DNA from: an uncultured Chloroflexia bacterium
GTDB taxonomy: Bacteria; Chloroflexota; Limnocylindria; Limnocylindrales; CSP1-4
DNA length: 64,000 bases
Assembly: GCA_963828165.1 (NCBI GenBank)
Contig: CAWHDR010000001.1
Coordinates: 1,440,001-1,504,000 of the forward strand
Reading direction: 5' to 3'
Shown: piece by piece, positions 38,473 through 48,173 of the stretch
Position numbering within the stretch: the stretch's first letter is position 1
Layout of the letters: the number at the start of each line of letters is the position of its first letter
Translations under genes and position numbers: made by a program
Notes under the pieces: model-generated
Seen by the model: the letters and a program-made list of their open reading frames with translations, nothing else
Database searches by the model: none
What the model was told of the DNA's origin: nothing

Positions 38473-39171
38473 GTGACTCGATCAGCGTCCCGCGACCCCG
38501 ACTGGGTGGGCCTCTCGGAGGCAAGCCGCGTGCTCGGCGTCTCACCTGCCACGCTCCGCCGCTGGAGCGATGCCGGCCGCCTTCGGGTGTTCACGACACC
38601 TGGCGGCCACCGGCGGTTCTCCCGATCTGCCCTCGAACGCCTCCTCCCGGCGGACAGATCTCGACGCCCATCGATCGGTGGCGCCGGCCTGTCGCCGAGC
38701 CGGATCGCACGGAGCTACCGGCGGGCGAGCCGCGAGGCGGCGCCGGAGCTCCCCTGGGTCCTGACCCTGACCGACGAGCAGCGCCTCCTGTTCCGGGAGC
38801 GGGGCCACGTCCTCGCCGCGAGCCTCCTCCAGTACCTTGACGCGCCGCAGCCCGAAGCGGCGACGCATCATCTGAAAGAGGCATCCGCCTCGGCCGCCGA
38901 GTACGGCACCGTTGCGGCGGCACTCGGCCTGTCTCTCAGCCAGACGGTCGAGGGCTTCCTCCGCTTCCGCGCGCCGTTCCATCACGAGCTGGCGGTGGCG
39001 GCTCGCCGGCGCGGGTTCGACACGGCCGAGACGACGGACCTGCTCGAGACCGCGGAGCGGGCGATGGATCGGCTGCTGGTGGCCACGATGACGGGCCACA
39101 CTCGAGCCGCTGGCACGGGCGGTCGACCCCGCCCGATAGCGGAGCGGACCGGGAAGGATCGCGAGGCGTGA
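38473..39171 (+). CDS. BldC/excisionase-type HTH regulator with helical C-terminal domain, paralog 2; first gene of the heme operon
   Basis: WVGLSEASRVLGVSPATLRRWSDAGRLRVFTTPGGHRRF; stop overlaps the hemA start. Confidence 0.85.
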   Translation: MTRSASRDPDWVGLSEASRVLGVSPATLRRWSDAGRLRVFTTPGGHRRFSRSALERLLPADRSRRPSIGGAGLSPSRIARSYRRASREAAPELPWVLTLTDEQRLLFRERGHVLAASLLQYLDAPQPEAATHHLKEASASAAEYGTVAAALGLSLSQTVEGFLRFRAPFHHELAVAARRRGFDTAETTDLLETAERAMDRLLVATMTGHTRAAGTGGRPRPIAERTGKDREA

Positions 39172-40328
39172 ACGAGGCACCGTCCGTGCCGATCCTCGCG
39201 CTCGTGACCCATGCGCGTCACGTCCCTGCCATCGAGCGTGAGCGGTTCGCCACGGCCCTTCACCGGGAGTCGACCGGCCGAGCGTTCACGTTGGAGACCT
39301 GCCATCGGGTGGAGGCCTATGTCGGGAACGCCGACGACGCCGCGCGCCTCGCACTGGCACTGCCGGAGGGTGCTCGAACGTTGACCGGCGAGCAGGCGGT
39401 TCACCACGCGATGACCGTGGCCGTCGGGCGCGATTCAGTCGTCGTCGGCGAGGATCAGATCCTTCACCAGCTTCGGGCTTCGGTGGACGCGGCCCGCGCC
39501 GCCGGTACGCTCGACCCGGCGCTCGAACGCCTCTTCGCTTTTGCACTCCAGGCGGGGCGTCGGGCGAGGTCGTGGCGCCAGGGCCCAGGACGCTCGCTTG
39601 CAGAAGTCGCCCTTGCGTCGATCGAGCGCGAGGTGGGCACGCTCCGGGGCCACGAGATCCTCGTCGTCGGAGCCGGCAGGATGGGGCGGATGGCGGCACG
39701 TGCTGCGGTCGCCGCCGGAGCTTCCGTCGCTGTCGCGAACCGATCGGCCGACGGCGCCGCAGCGCTCGCCGCTTCGACTGGCGCCCGATTCGAGATGTTC
39801 GACCCCGACGCCCGGATCCGCGGGTTCGCCGGCGTCGTCGTGGCGCTCGCGGGGCCGTGGCCGATCGGGGCCGCCACGATCGATGCGCTGGCCGGGAGCG
39901 CGACCGTCGTGGTCGATCTCTCCGTGCCGGCGGCGATCCCCGTCTCGCTCGCGGAGATCCTTGGCGAGCGTCTCATCACGGCCGATGCTCTCGCCCTTGC
40001 CGACATCGGCCCTGCGGCGCAGGACGGTTCGGTAGCTCGACTCGACGCGCTCATCGAGCGCTCGACATTGGAGTTCCTGGCCTGGCTCCAGGGACGTGAC
40101 GGGCGGTCGGCCGCCGAGGCCCTGAAGCAGCGCGCGGATCGTGAGCGCGAGGCCGAGCTCGCGGCACTCTGGCGGCGGTTGCCTGGTCTCGAACCCGAGG
40201 CACGCACCGCGATCGAAGGAATGACCCGGCATCTCGCCGATCGGCTTCTTCGCGAACCACTCGAGCGCCTTGGTCGGGACACCGACGGCCGTGACGGGCG
40301 GGCGATCCGGGACATCTTCGCCCTGTGA
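39168..40328 (+). CDS. hemA: Glutamyl-tRNA reductase (divergent, shortened)
   Basis: TCHRVE (catalytic Cys), DSVVVGEDQILHQ, GAGRMG, VANRS, DLSVP. Confidence 0.85.
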   Translation: MNEAPSVPILALVTHARHVPAIERERFATALHRESTGRAFTLETCHRVEAYVGNADDAARLALALPEGARTLTGEQAVHHAMTVAVGRDSVVVGEDQILHQLRASVDAARAAGTLDPALERLFAFALQAGRRARSWRQGPGRSLAEVALASIEREVGTLRGHEILVVGAGRMGRMAARAAVAAGASVAVANRSADGAAALAASTGARFEMFDPDARIRGFAGVVVALAGPWPIGAATIDALAGSATVVVDLSVPAAIPVSLAEILGERLITADALALADIGPAAQDGSVARLDALIERSTLEFLAWLQGRDGRSAAEALKQRADREREAELAALWRRLPGLEPEARTAIEGMTRHLADRLLREPLERLGRDTDGRDGRAIRDIFAL

Positions 40329-42022
40329 ACGGCTCAGAGGTCGCTATCGGATCGAGGGGCAGCGTGCTGGCGCTGGCTCAGGCGCGGCTGGTCTACGAGG
40401 CCCTGGAGCGGGAGGGCCATGCGAGCCGAGTCGTGGTCATCGAGACCGAGGGCGACCGCCGGGCGCCGGACACCGCGTGGGGCGAGGGAGCCTTCGTCGC
40501 CGCGATCGAGCGGGCGTTGCTCGATGGCGCCGTCGACGTCGCGGTCCACAGCGCGAAGGACGTACCGACCGACCAGGATCCACGGCTTTGCATCGCCGCC
40601 TACCTGGCCCGGGCGGACCCGCGTGATGCGCTCGTCGTCCGGACTGACGCGACCGAACGGAAGCTGGTCGACCTGCCGCCGGGATGTCGCGTCGGGACCG
40701 ACAGCCCGAGGCGGACGGGCTTCCTGCTGGCTCAACGGCCGGACCTCGTCGTCCATCAACTCCACGGCAACGTCGACACGCGGCTTCGCCGGCTCGATGC
40801 GGGCGAGACCGATGCGCTGGTGCTCGCGTGCGCGGGACTCGACCGGATCGGGCTCGGCGACCGGATCGCCGAGCGACTCGAGCCCGAGATCGTGCCGCCG
40901 GCTCCTGGGCAGGGTGCCATCGCCGTTCAGGTGCGGTCCGACGACGAGCGCATGCTCGCGGTGGCCGCGGCGATCGACGATCGGCGGACGCACCTGGCGG
41001 TCGATGCCGAGCGCGCCTTCCTGGCCGCGTCCGGGGGAGGCTGCCGCGCCCCGATCGGGGCCCTCGCGACGATCGTTGGCGGCGAACTGGAGCTGGTCGG
41101 GGGCTATGCCGGCCCGGACGGCGCTGGGCCGGTCTTCGCCCGCGGCCACGGTCCCGTCGCGGCCGGTGAGGATCTCGGCCGTGCGTTAGCGGCCGAGCTC
41201 GACCCGCGGACTCGCATTCGAGCGAGCGTGGGCCACGTCGATCCGGATCGGGAGTGGCCGACCGCCCCTCGCGTTCTGGTCACCCGAGCGGCCGAGCAGG
41301 CGGCCGATCTCCTGGCGGCGCTGCGAGACGCGGGCGTCGACCCCGTCCCCGTCCCGGCGATCGCGGTGGAGTTCGACGAACCGCGGGGAGACCTTGACGC
41401 CGTAGCCCGCCTCCTGCCCACATACGCGTGGGTCGTTGTCACGAGCGCAAACGGCGCCCGCGCCCTGCTCAAGGCGGCCGAGCGAGTGTTCACCGCGCTC
41501 GAGACGTCGAAGGTTGCGGCGATCGGCCCGGTTACTCGAGATGTCCTTGAGCGCGAGGGGATCGGAGTCGACTATCAGCCACTTGAAGCCAGCGCGACGG
41601 CCATGGCCGTCGGCCTCCCGTTCGATCCCGGCGATCGCCTGGTAGTCGTGCGCGGCGATCTTGCCGACGGCGAGATGGCGGCCACACTGCGGGCACGGGG
41701 GGCCCTGGTCGACGACCTGATCGCCTATCGGACGCGCGAGGCGCCGGAGCGTTCACGCGCACTCCTCAGAACCGCAGCAGCGGATGGACCGATCGCCGCC
41801 GCAGTGTTCACGAGTGGCTCGACAGTCCGAGGCCTGGTGTCGCTCGGGAATGCCACATCAGTCGACGTCCGGTCGTTCCCGGCGGTGTGCATCGGTCCCG
41901 AGACCGCTGACGAGGCCCGCGCGGCGGGTTTCCGGATCCTCGCGGTCTCCCTGACACCGGACTCGGCGGCGCTCGCCGCGACCACCGCACGGGCGCTTGG
42001 CTCTCCAGCCACAGGAGATCTC
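40325..42022 (+). CDS. hemC: Hydroxymethylbilane synthase-uroporphyrinogen III synthase fusion (HemC-HemD); reads in frame into hemB as given
   Basis: GSRGSVLALAQA, VHSAKDVP, GNVDTRL, PAPGQGA, GGGCRAPIG; then RVLVTRA, TSANG, FTSGSTV, CIGPETA. Confidence 0.9.
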
Positions 42023-43054
42023 ATGACACTCGACATCGAAGCACCGCCATCGCCCGGGCCGACCGCGCCTGCGACGTCGCTGCCCGTCCGACCCCGTCGG
42101 ATGCGGCGCACGCCGGCCCTGCGGGCGCTGGTCCGCGAGACCCACCTCCATCCCTCGATGCTCATCGCGCCCCTGTTCGTGCAGCCGGGCATAGGCCGCC
42201 GCGATCCGATCGGCTCAATGCCGGGTCAAGCCCGGCTCTCGCCCGATGTTGCCGCCGAGGAAGCGACGCGCCTGGCCGAGATCGGAATCGGCGGGGTCAT
42301 CCTCTTCGGCCTGCCAGGGGCGAAGGACGCGCTCGGCTCCGAGGCCTCCGACGACGACGGGATCGTCCAGGACGCGTTCCGCCGGATCCGGGCCCTCGAG
42401 CTGCCGCTCGCGACGATCGCCGACACGTGTCTATGCGAATACACCGACCACGGTCACTGCGGGCCGCTCGCTGCCGACGGATCGGTCGACAACGACGCCG
42501 CGCTCGTGCGGCTTGCCGAGACGGCCGTAGCCCAGGCGCGGGCGGGCGCCGATATCGTGGCGCCGAGCGCGATGATGGATGGCCAGGTCGGCGCAATTCG
42601 GGCGGCCCTCGACGCCGAGGGTTTCGGGCAGACCGCGATCATGGCCTACGCGTCGAAGCATGCCTCAGCCTTCTACGGCCCGTTCCGCGAAGCCGCCGAC
42701 AGCGCTCCGGCGTTCGGCGACCGGCGGGGCTACCAGATGGACCCGGCCAATGGCCGCGAGGCGCTCCGCGAGATGCAGCTCGACGTCGCCGAGGGCGCCG
42801 ACATCCTGCTCGTCAAACCGGCTCTGCCGGGACTGGACCTCATTGCTGCGGCACGGGCGCGGTTCGACGTCCCGATCGCCGCCTTCCAGGTGTCGGGCGA
42901 GTTTGCGATGTTCGCCGCCGCGGCGGAACGCGGTTGGCTGGACGGGCGGCGGGCGATGACCGAGGCGGTCACGGCGATCGTCCGGGCGGGTGCCGGGATC
43001 GTGATCACCTATGCCGCGGCGGACCTCGCGAGCTGGCTCCGGGAGGAGCGGTGA
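42023..43054 (+). CDS. hemB: Porphobilinogen synthase (ALA dehydratase)
   Basis: RPRRMR, CLCEYTDHGHC Zn site, SAMMDG, FYGPFREA, VKP; own AGGAG RBS. Confidence 0.95.
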   Translation: MTLDIEAPPSPGPTAPATSLPVRPRRMRRTPALRALVRETHLHPSMLIAPLFVQPGIGRRDPIGSMPGQARLSPDVAAEEATRLAEIGIGGVILFGLPGAKDALGSEASDDDGIVQDAFRRIRALELPLATIADTCLCEYTDHGHCGPLAADGSVDNDAALVRLAETAVAQARAGADIVAPSAMMDGQVGAIRAALDAEGFGQTAIMAYASKHASAFYGPFREAADSAPAFGDRRGYQMDPANGREALREMQLDVAEGADILLVKPALPGLDLIAAARARFDVPIAAFQVSGEFAMFAAAAERGWLDGRRAMTEAVTAIVRAGAGIVITYAAADLASWLREER

Positions 43055-43740
43055 GCGCCGACGAGCAACTCTACATCCAGGCCCTCGGCCTCGGGCTCGA
43101 TCCGGCCTGGCGGCGCCGGACGGACGAGGAACGTCACGACGATGGCTCCCACTTCGGCGAGGCGGTCGCGTCGACCGAGCTCGTCGGGGTGCGGAATATC
43201 AGCTACTCGTCGATCGGCATAGAGCCCGGGGTCGACCTGCTGTTCTGGCGGATGGCTCCGAGTATCGACGCCCTGGAGTCGTCGGCGGCCGCCCTCCTGC
43301 GCGCCGGCCTGGGCCGCTGGCTGACCGTGACCTACTCGCTCATCGGCCGGATCGGACCGTCGCAGTACGTGCGCAAGCCGACCGACCAGGATCAGTCGCT
43401 CTTCAGCGGCGAGCGCTCCCGCTACCTCGTCGTGTATCCGTTCACGAAGAGCACCGACTGGTACCTCCTCTCGAAGGATGCCCGCCAGGGGGTGATGAAC
43501 GAGCACATGCGGGTCGGCCACGACTACCCGACGATCCGCCAGGCCCTGGCGTACTCGTTCGGGCTCGACTCGCAGGACTTCGTCGTTGCCTACGAAACTG
43601 ATGACCTCGTCGCGTTCGGTGACCTGGTCCGGGCGCTCCGTTCGACAGAGAGCCGGCGGTCGACAGTCAGCGACACCCCGATCCTTCTCGGCGTCCATCG
43701 TCCGATCGACGAGATCCTCAGCCTGCTGGGGGCCGGCTGA
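43051..43740 (+). CDS. chdC: Coproheme decarboxylase (chlorite dismutase-like family)
   Basis: YPFTKSTDWYLL, MNEHMRVG (proximal His), YSFGLDSQDFVVAYE; operon context. Confidence 0.85.
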   Translation: MSADEQLYIQALGLGLDPAWRRRTDEERHDDGSHFGEAVASTELVGVRNISYSSIGIEPGVDLLFWRMAPSIDALESSAAALLRAGLGRWLTVTYSLIGRIGPSQYVRKPTDQDQSLFSGERSRYLVVYPFTKSTDWYLLSKDARQGVMNEHMRVGHDYPTIRQALAYSFGLDSQDFVVAYETDDLVAFGDLVRALRSTESRRSTVSDTPILLGVHRPIDEILSLLGAG

Positions 43741-45038
43741 TGGCCGGCACAGCCGCGGGTACCCGGACCGCCTCACTCGTCGAGCGGGCCGAACGGCTGT
43801 TCCCGGGCGGTGTCAACAGCCCCGTGCGCGCATTCCGCGCCATCGGCCGGCCACCGCTCGTCCTCGAGCGCGGCGAAGGACCGTACGTCTGGGATGCCGA
43901 CGGTCGCCGTTATCTCGACTTCGTCGGAGCATGGGGGCCGGCGATCCTCGGCCACGCCCACCCCAAGGTCATCGACGCGATCGTCGCCGCCGCGGCGAAT
44001 GGTTTGGCCCTCGGTGCCACGAATCCGCTCGAGATCGAGCTCGGCGAGGCGATCCAAGCGGCCATGCCGTCGATGGAGCGTCTCCGCTTCACGTCGTCGG
44101 GCACCGAGGCGGTGATGAGCGCGTTGCGGTTGGCGCGGGCGGCGACTGGTCGGGATCTCGTGGTGAAGTTCGCGGGCGCCTATCACGGGCACTCGGACAG
44201 CCTCCTCGTGGAGGCCGGCTCCGGAGTCGCCACCCTGGCGATCGCGGGTAGCGCCGGCGTGCCCGATGCGGTCGCCGCCACGACGATCGTGCTGCCGTAC
44301 AACGACCCTGCATCGGTCACGCTGGCCTTCGCCGACCATGCCGGCCGGATCGCGGCGGTGATCGTCGAGCCGGTGGCAGCGAACAGCGGGGTCATCCCGC
44401 CGGCACCGGGGTTTCTCGAGCACCTGCGGGAGACGACCGATGCGGACGGCGCCCTCCTTGTGTTCGATGAGGTCATCACCGGCTTCCGTGTCGAGCGCGG
44501 CGGCGCGCAGGCGCGGTTCGGTATCGAGCCGGACCTGAGCACGCTGGGCAAGGTCATCGGTGGCGGGATGCCGATCGGTGCCTACGGTGGCCGGGCCGAC
44601 CTCATGGAGCTCGTCGCACCGGCGGGTCCCGTCTACCAGGCGGGCACCCTGTCGGGCCATCCGCTGTCGATGGCCGCCGGGATCGCCACCCTGGCGGAGC
44701 TGACGCCCGATCGCTACGTCGCCCTCGAGGAGTCCGTCTCCGAGCTCGCGGCTGGCCTGGCCGATGCCGCGACGGCTGCGCAAGGCCCGGTCGCGGTCGC
44801 GAGGGTGGGCCCACTCCTGACGGTCTTCTTCCGACCGAGCGTGCCGACCGATGCCGCCGAAGCTCTCACCGCGGACCGCGCGGCGTATGCCCGCTTCTTC
44901 GGCTCGATGCTGGATCAGGGCGTCTGCTTGCCGCCGTCCCAGTTCGAGGCTTGGTTCCCATCGATGGCGCACGGCCGGGCCGAGATCGACGAGACGATCG
45001 CGGCAGCCCGAGTCGCGTTCGGCGAGGGTGCCGCATGA
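43740..45038 (+). CDS. hemL: Glutamate-1-semialdehyde 2,1-aminomutase
   Basis: PGGVNSPVRAF, SGTEA, FDEVITGFR, LGKVIGGG, PPSQFE. Confidence 0.97.
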   Translation: MAGTAAGTRTASLVERAERLFPGGVNSPVRAFRAIGRPPLVLERGEGPYVWDADGRRYLDFVGAWGPAILGHAHPKVIDAIVAAAANGLALGATNPLEIELGEAIQAAMPSMERLRFTSSGTEAVMSALRLARAATGRDLVVKFAGAYHGHSDSLLVEAGSGVATLAIAGSAGVPDAVAATTIVLPYNDPASVTLAFADHAGRIAAVIVEPVAANSGVIPPAPGFLEHLRETTDADGALLVFDEVITGFRVERGGAQARFGIEPDLSTLGKVIGGGMPIGAYGGRADLMELVAPAGPVYQAGTLSGHPLSMAAGIATLAELTPDRYVALEESVSELAAGLADAATAAQGPVAVARVGPLLTVFFRPSVPTDAAEALTADRAAYARFFGSMLDQGVCLPPSQFEAWFPSMAHGRAEIDETIAAARVAFGEGAA

Positions 45039-46081
45039 GCGACCGCTTCGTGCGCGCCTGTCGGCTCGAGCCGGTCGACGCGACACCGATCTGGTTCATG
45101 CGCCAGGCCGGCCGCTCCTTCGCCGCCTACCGGAAGCTCCGCGAGCGCTACGGGATCCTGGAGCTCGCCAAGAACCCCGAGCTTTGCGCCGAGGTCACGT
45201 TGATGCCGGTTCGAGAGCTGGGGGTCGACGCGGCCGTCCTCTTCGCCGACATCATGCTGCCGCTCGAGCCGATGGGGGTCGGTCTCCGGATCGAGCCGGA
45301 GGTCGGGCCGATCATCAACCGACCGATCCGCTCGGCGGCCGACGTCGCCGCGCTCGGACCGTTCGACTCCGCCGAGGTGTCGTTCACCCTCGACGCCATC
45401 CGCCTGGTCAGGGGCGAGCTCGACGGCGCGGCCGGCGTCATCGGCTTCTCGGGTGCGCCGTTCACCCTCGCCTGCTACCTCATCGAGGGCCGCCCGTCGC
45501 GAGACTTCGCAACGGCCAAGGCCTTCATGTACCGCGAGCCGACGGCCTGGCATGACCTGATGGAGCGGCTGTCGACCATGGTCGTCGCGTATCTCCGTGC
45601 ACAGGTCGATGCCGGCGCCGACGTCGTCCAGTTGTTCGACAGCTGGGTCGGCGGGCTCGGCCCGGCGGACTACCGGGAGTTCGTCCAGCCCCATGTCGCG
45701 CGGATCTTCGCGGCTGTCCGCGATGTGCCGACGATCCATTTCGGGACCGGCACGGCGGCGCTGCTCGAACTCCTGGCCGAGGCCGGCGGTGACGTCATCG
45801 GGCTCGACCACCGGGTCTCGCTGGCCGACGCCTGGCGGCTCGTCGGCCATGATCGCGGCGTCCAGGGCAACCTCGATTCGGCCCGCCTGCTCGCGGGCTG
45901 GGAGGCGACGCGTCAGGGCGCTCTGGCCGTCCTCGACGAGGCGGCCGGTCGGCCCGGCCACGTGTTCAACCTCGGCCACGGCGTGCTGCCCGCGACCGAC
46001 ACGGACCTGCTGCGCCGGCTCGTTGCCCTGGTCCACGAGCAAACTGCTCGGACCGATCTCGTCACCGAGGTCGTCGCGTGA
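45035..46081 (+). CDS. hemE: Uroporphyrinogen decarboxylase
   Basis: PIWFMRQAGR, GAPFTLACY, QLFDSW, QGNLD, FNLGHG. Confidence 0.97.
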   Translation: MSDRFVRACRLEPVDATPIWFMRQAGRSFAAYRKLRERYGILELAKNPELCAEVTLMPVRELGVDAAVLFADIMLPLEPMGVGLRIEPEVGPIINRPIRSAADVAALGPFDSAEVSFTLDAIRLVRGELDGAAGVIGFSGAPFTLACYLIEGRPSRDFATAKAFMYREPTAWHDLMERLSTMVVAYLRAQVDAGADVVQLFDSWVGGLGPADYREFVQPHVARIFAAVRDVPTIHFGTGTAALLELLAEAGGDVIGLDHRVSLADAWRLVGHDRGVQGNLDSARLLAGWEATRQGALAVLDEAAGRPGHVFNLGHGVLPATDTDLLRRLVALVHEQTARTDLVTEVVA

Positions 46082-47034
46082 GCGGCTCGGATCGGCCCGG
46101 CGTGCTGCTCATGACCTACGGCTCGCCGGCCTCGCTTGAGCGCAAGGACATCCGGGAGTACCTCGCTCGCGTCCGTGGGGGACGGGAGCCGGATCCGGAC
46201 CTCGTCGACGAGTTCACCCGACGCTACCGGGTCATCGGTGGCTCGCCGCTGATCGAGATTACTCGCGCTCAGGCCAGCGCCGTCGCGGGTGCGCTCGGTT
46301 GGCCCGTCCAAATCGGCATGCGCTTCTCCGAACCATCGATCCTTGCGGGGCTGTCGGCGCTCGCGGAGGCCGGCGTCTCGAAGGTCGCTGCGATCATCCT
46401 CTCGCCGCAGTACTCACCGCTCTTGATGAGCGGCTACGTCCGGGCGATCGATGACGCGCGCGCGACGCTGGGCGATGGAGCGCCGGACGTCGTCGTCGCC
46501 AGTGCGTGGCACGACGAATCAGCGTTCGTCGCCGCGCTCGCGGGTCGCGTCGTCGATGCGCTCGCCCGGCTGTCACCCGAAGACCGCGTGACGGTCCACG
46601 TCCTGATGACCGCGCACAGCCTGCCAAAGCGGGTAGCCGAGCAGGAGCCGGACTACCTTGGACAGCTGCGGGCGACCGCCGAGGCCGTTGCCGTGAATGC
46701 TGGGCTGTCGGATCGGCACTGGACCTTCTGCTGGCAGAGTGCCGGCCATGAGCCCGGCGAATGGATGAAGCCCGATTTCGCGGACCTGATGCCGGAGATC
46801 GCCGCCCAAGGCGGGCGCTCGGTGCTCGTCGTCCCCGTGCAGTTCCTCGCGGACCACCTCGAGATCCTCTACGACGTCGACGTCGGGGCCCGAGAGCAGG
46901 CTGAGCGACGCGGCTTGAGCTTCCTGCGAATCGCGTCGCTCAATGCCGATGCTGACCTGGTCGAGGCGCTGGCCGCTGTGGTGCGTCGGACGCTGAAAAC
47001 GGGCGACCCGGCCGTCCTGGCCCAGCCATCCTGA
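46078..47034 (+). CDS. hemH: Coproporphyrin ferrochelatase (CpfC/HemH)
   Basis: LLMTYGSP, GGSPL, PQYS, TAHSLP, WQS, FLADHLEILYDVD. Confidence 0.95.
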   Translation: MSGSDRPGVLLMTYGSPASLERKDIREYLARVRGGREPDPDLVDEFTRRYRVIGGSPLIEITRAQASAVAGALGWPVQIGMRFSEPSILAGLSALAEAGVSKVAAIILSPQYSPLLMSGYVRAIDDARATLGDGAPDVVVASAWHDESAFVAALAGRVVDALARLSPEDRVTVHVLMTAHSLPKRVAEQEPDYLGQLRATAEAVAVNAGLSDRHWTFCWQSAGHEPGEWMKPDFADLMPEIAAQGGRSVLVVPVQFLADHLEILYDVDVGAREQAERRGLSFLRIASLNADADLVEALAAVVRRTLKTGDPAVLAQPS

Positions 47035-47447
47035 GCGTGATCGGGAGAGCCCAGTCGGCATGGAGTTGAGCTTGGATCGGACCCGCGCGCCTGATAGGTG
47101 ATCAAGCGATCAAGGCCGCAACCTGCTGCGTCCGATGACAGCAGGTCTAGCGGGCTCTGACTGTGGATCCTCGGCTTCGCCGTGATGCTCGGCGAGCGCC
47201 GGACGTTGAGGTCTGACCCCGCAGAATTGCTCAGTCGGCAGTCTTCAGCGTCGTGGCACTTGGGTTGTGACGAGATTCGCGGCCACACCGGCTCATCCTG
47301 CTGTTACGAACCAGATGGTTCGTACGATCAAGCGCCGAGGCGCGATCGATCTGTCATCCGACGGTCACCGGCTCGTCACGCGCAGCGCCCAACCTTGTCC
47401 GCCAGCGGCGCCCACCTTCCAGGGCGCCCTAGACGGAGGACTGCGCC

Positions 47448-47828
47448 ATGCGCAAGCTCGTCGGGCTGGCTTTTGCCGGTCTGCTCGCATTGACCATCGC
47501 CGCTCCAGCGACCGCGAAGGCGTTCGGCACGATCTACGTGGACGACGTGGCGTACCGAACGTTCGCGAACCCGGCGAACGTGCCCGCCGGGACCGGTCGC
47601 GACCCGATCGCATCCTTCACCAACTTCGAGCAGGGCGGCGTCGCCCAGTTCGCTCCCGGTCGCGGATCGCATGGTGGCCGCTGGCAGGTCTGGACGGCGA
47701 CCTGGACCGACCTGGCGGACGCCCGCCTCCTCACATCGTGGGATGCCGTCATGGCGGAGGTCGACGCAGGCAACCTGACGTTGACGCGAGCACCTGAGGC
47801 GGACTTCCGCTGTCCCATCCTCCCGTAG
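47448..47828 (+). CDS. Small secreted hypothetical protein
   Basis: GGAGG RBS, signal peptide, GGRWQV motif, FRCPILP end. Confidence 0.8.
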   Translation: MRKLVGLAFAGLLALTIAAPATAKAFGTIYVDDVAYRTFANPANVPAGTGRDPIASFTNFEQGGVAQFAPGRGSHGGRWQVWTATWTDLADARLLTSWDAVMAEVDAGNLTLTRAPEADFRCPILP

Positions 47829-48173
47829 ACCATTCGGGTCTCACGGCCGCCGGATGATGTGACCGGTGGCCGTTGAGGCCGGCCGTCCGGCAGACGCCCA
47901 CCAACGGTGGGAGGTCTCGGTGGTGACCCTTCACAAACGATTTGCGGAATCGGGAGCCATGTACACACGGCCGAGTTGACGATGGCAGTACCGCCCCCGG
48001 ATCCTCGCTAAGGCAACTATCCAGAAGTAGGGACGTGTACGGCGTCGCTCGACGTCATACCGCGGACATCGTCCTGTCACATTGCGGTGGCAGGCTCGAC
48101 TCCGGATCTGCGCCCATCGCCTGGACGCGAGCAAGATCAGGCCCGGGTTGATCGGAAGGGAAGCGGGCAGCTG

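Noticed and set aside
43051-43740. Chlorite dismutase (perchlorate respiration)
   Set aside because: Its position inside a hem operon with ferrochelatase and the lack of a signal peptide indicate coproheme decarboxylase.
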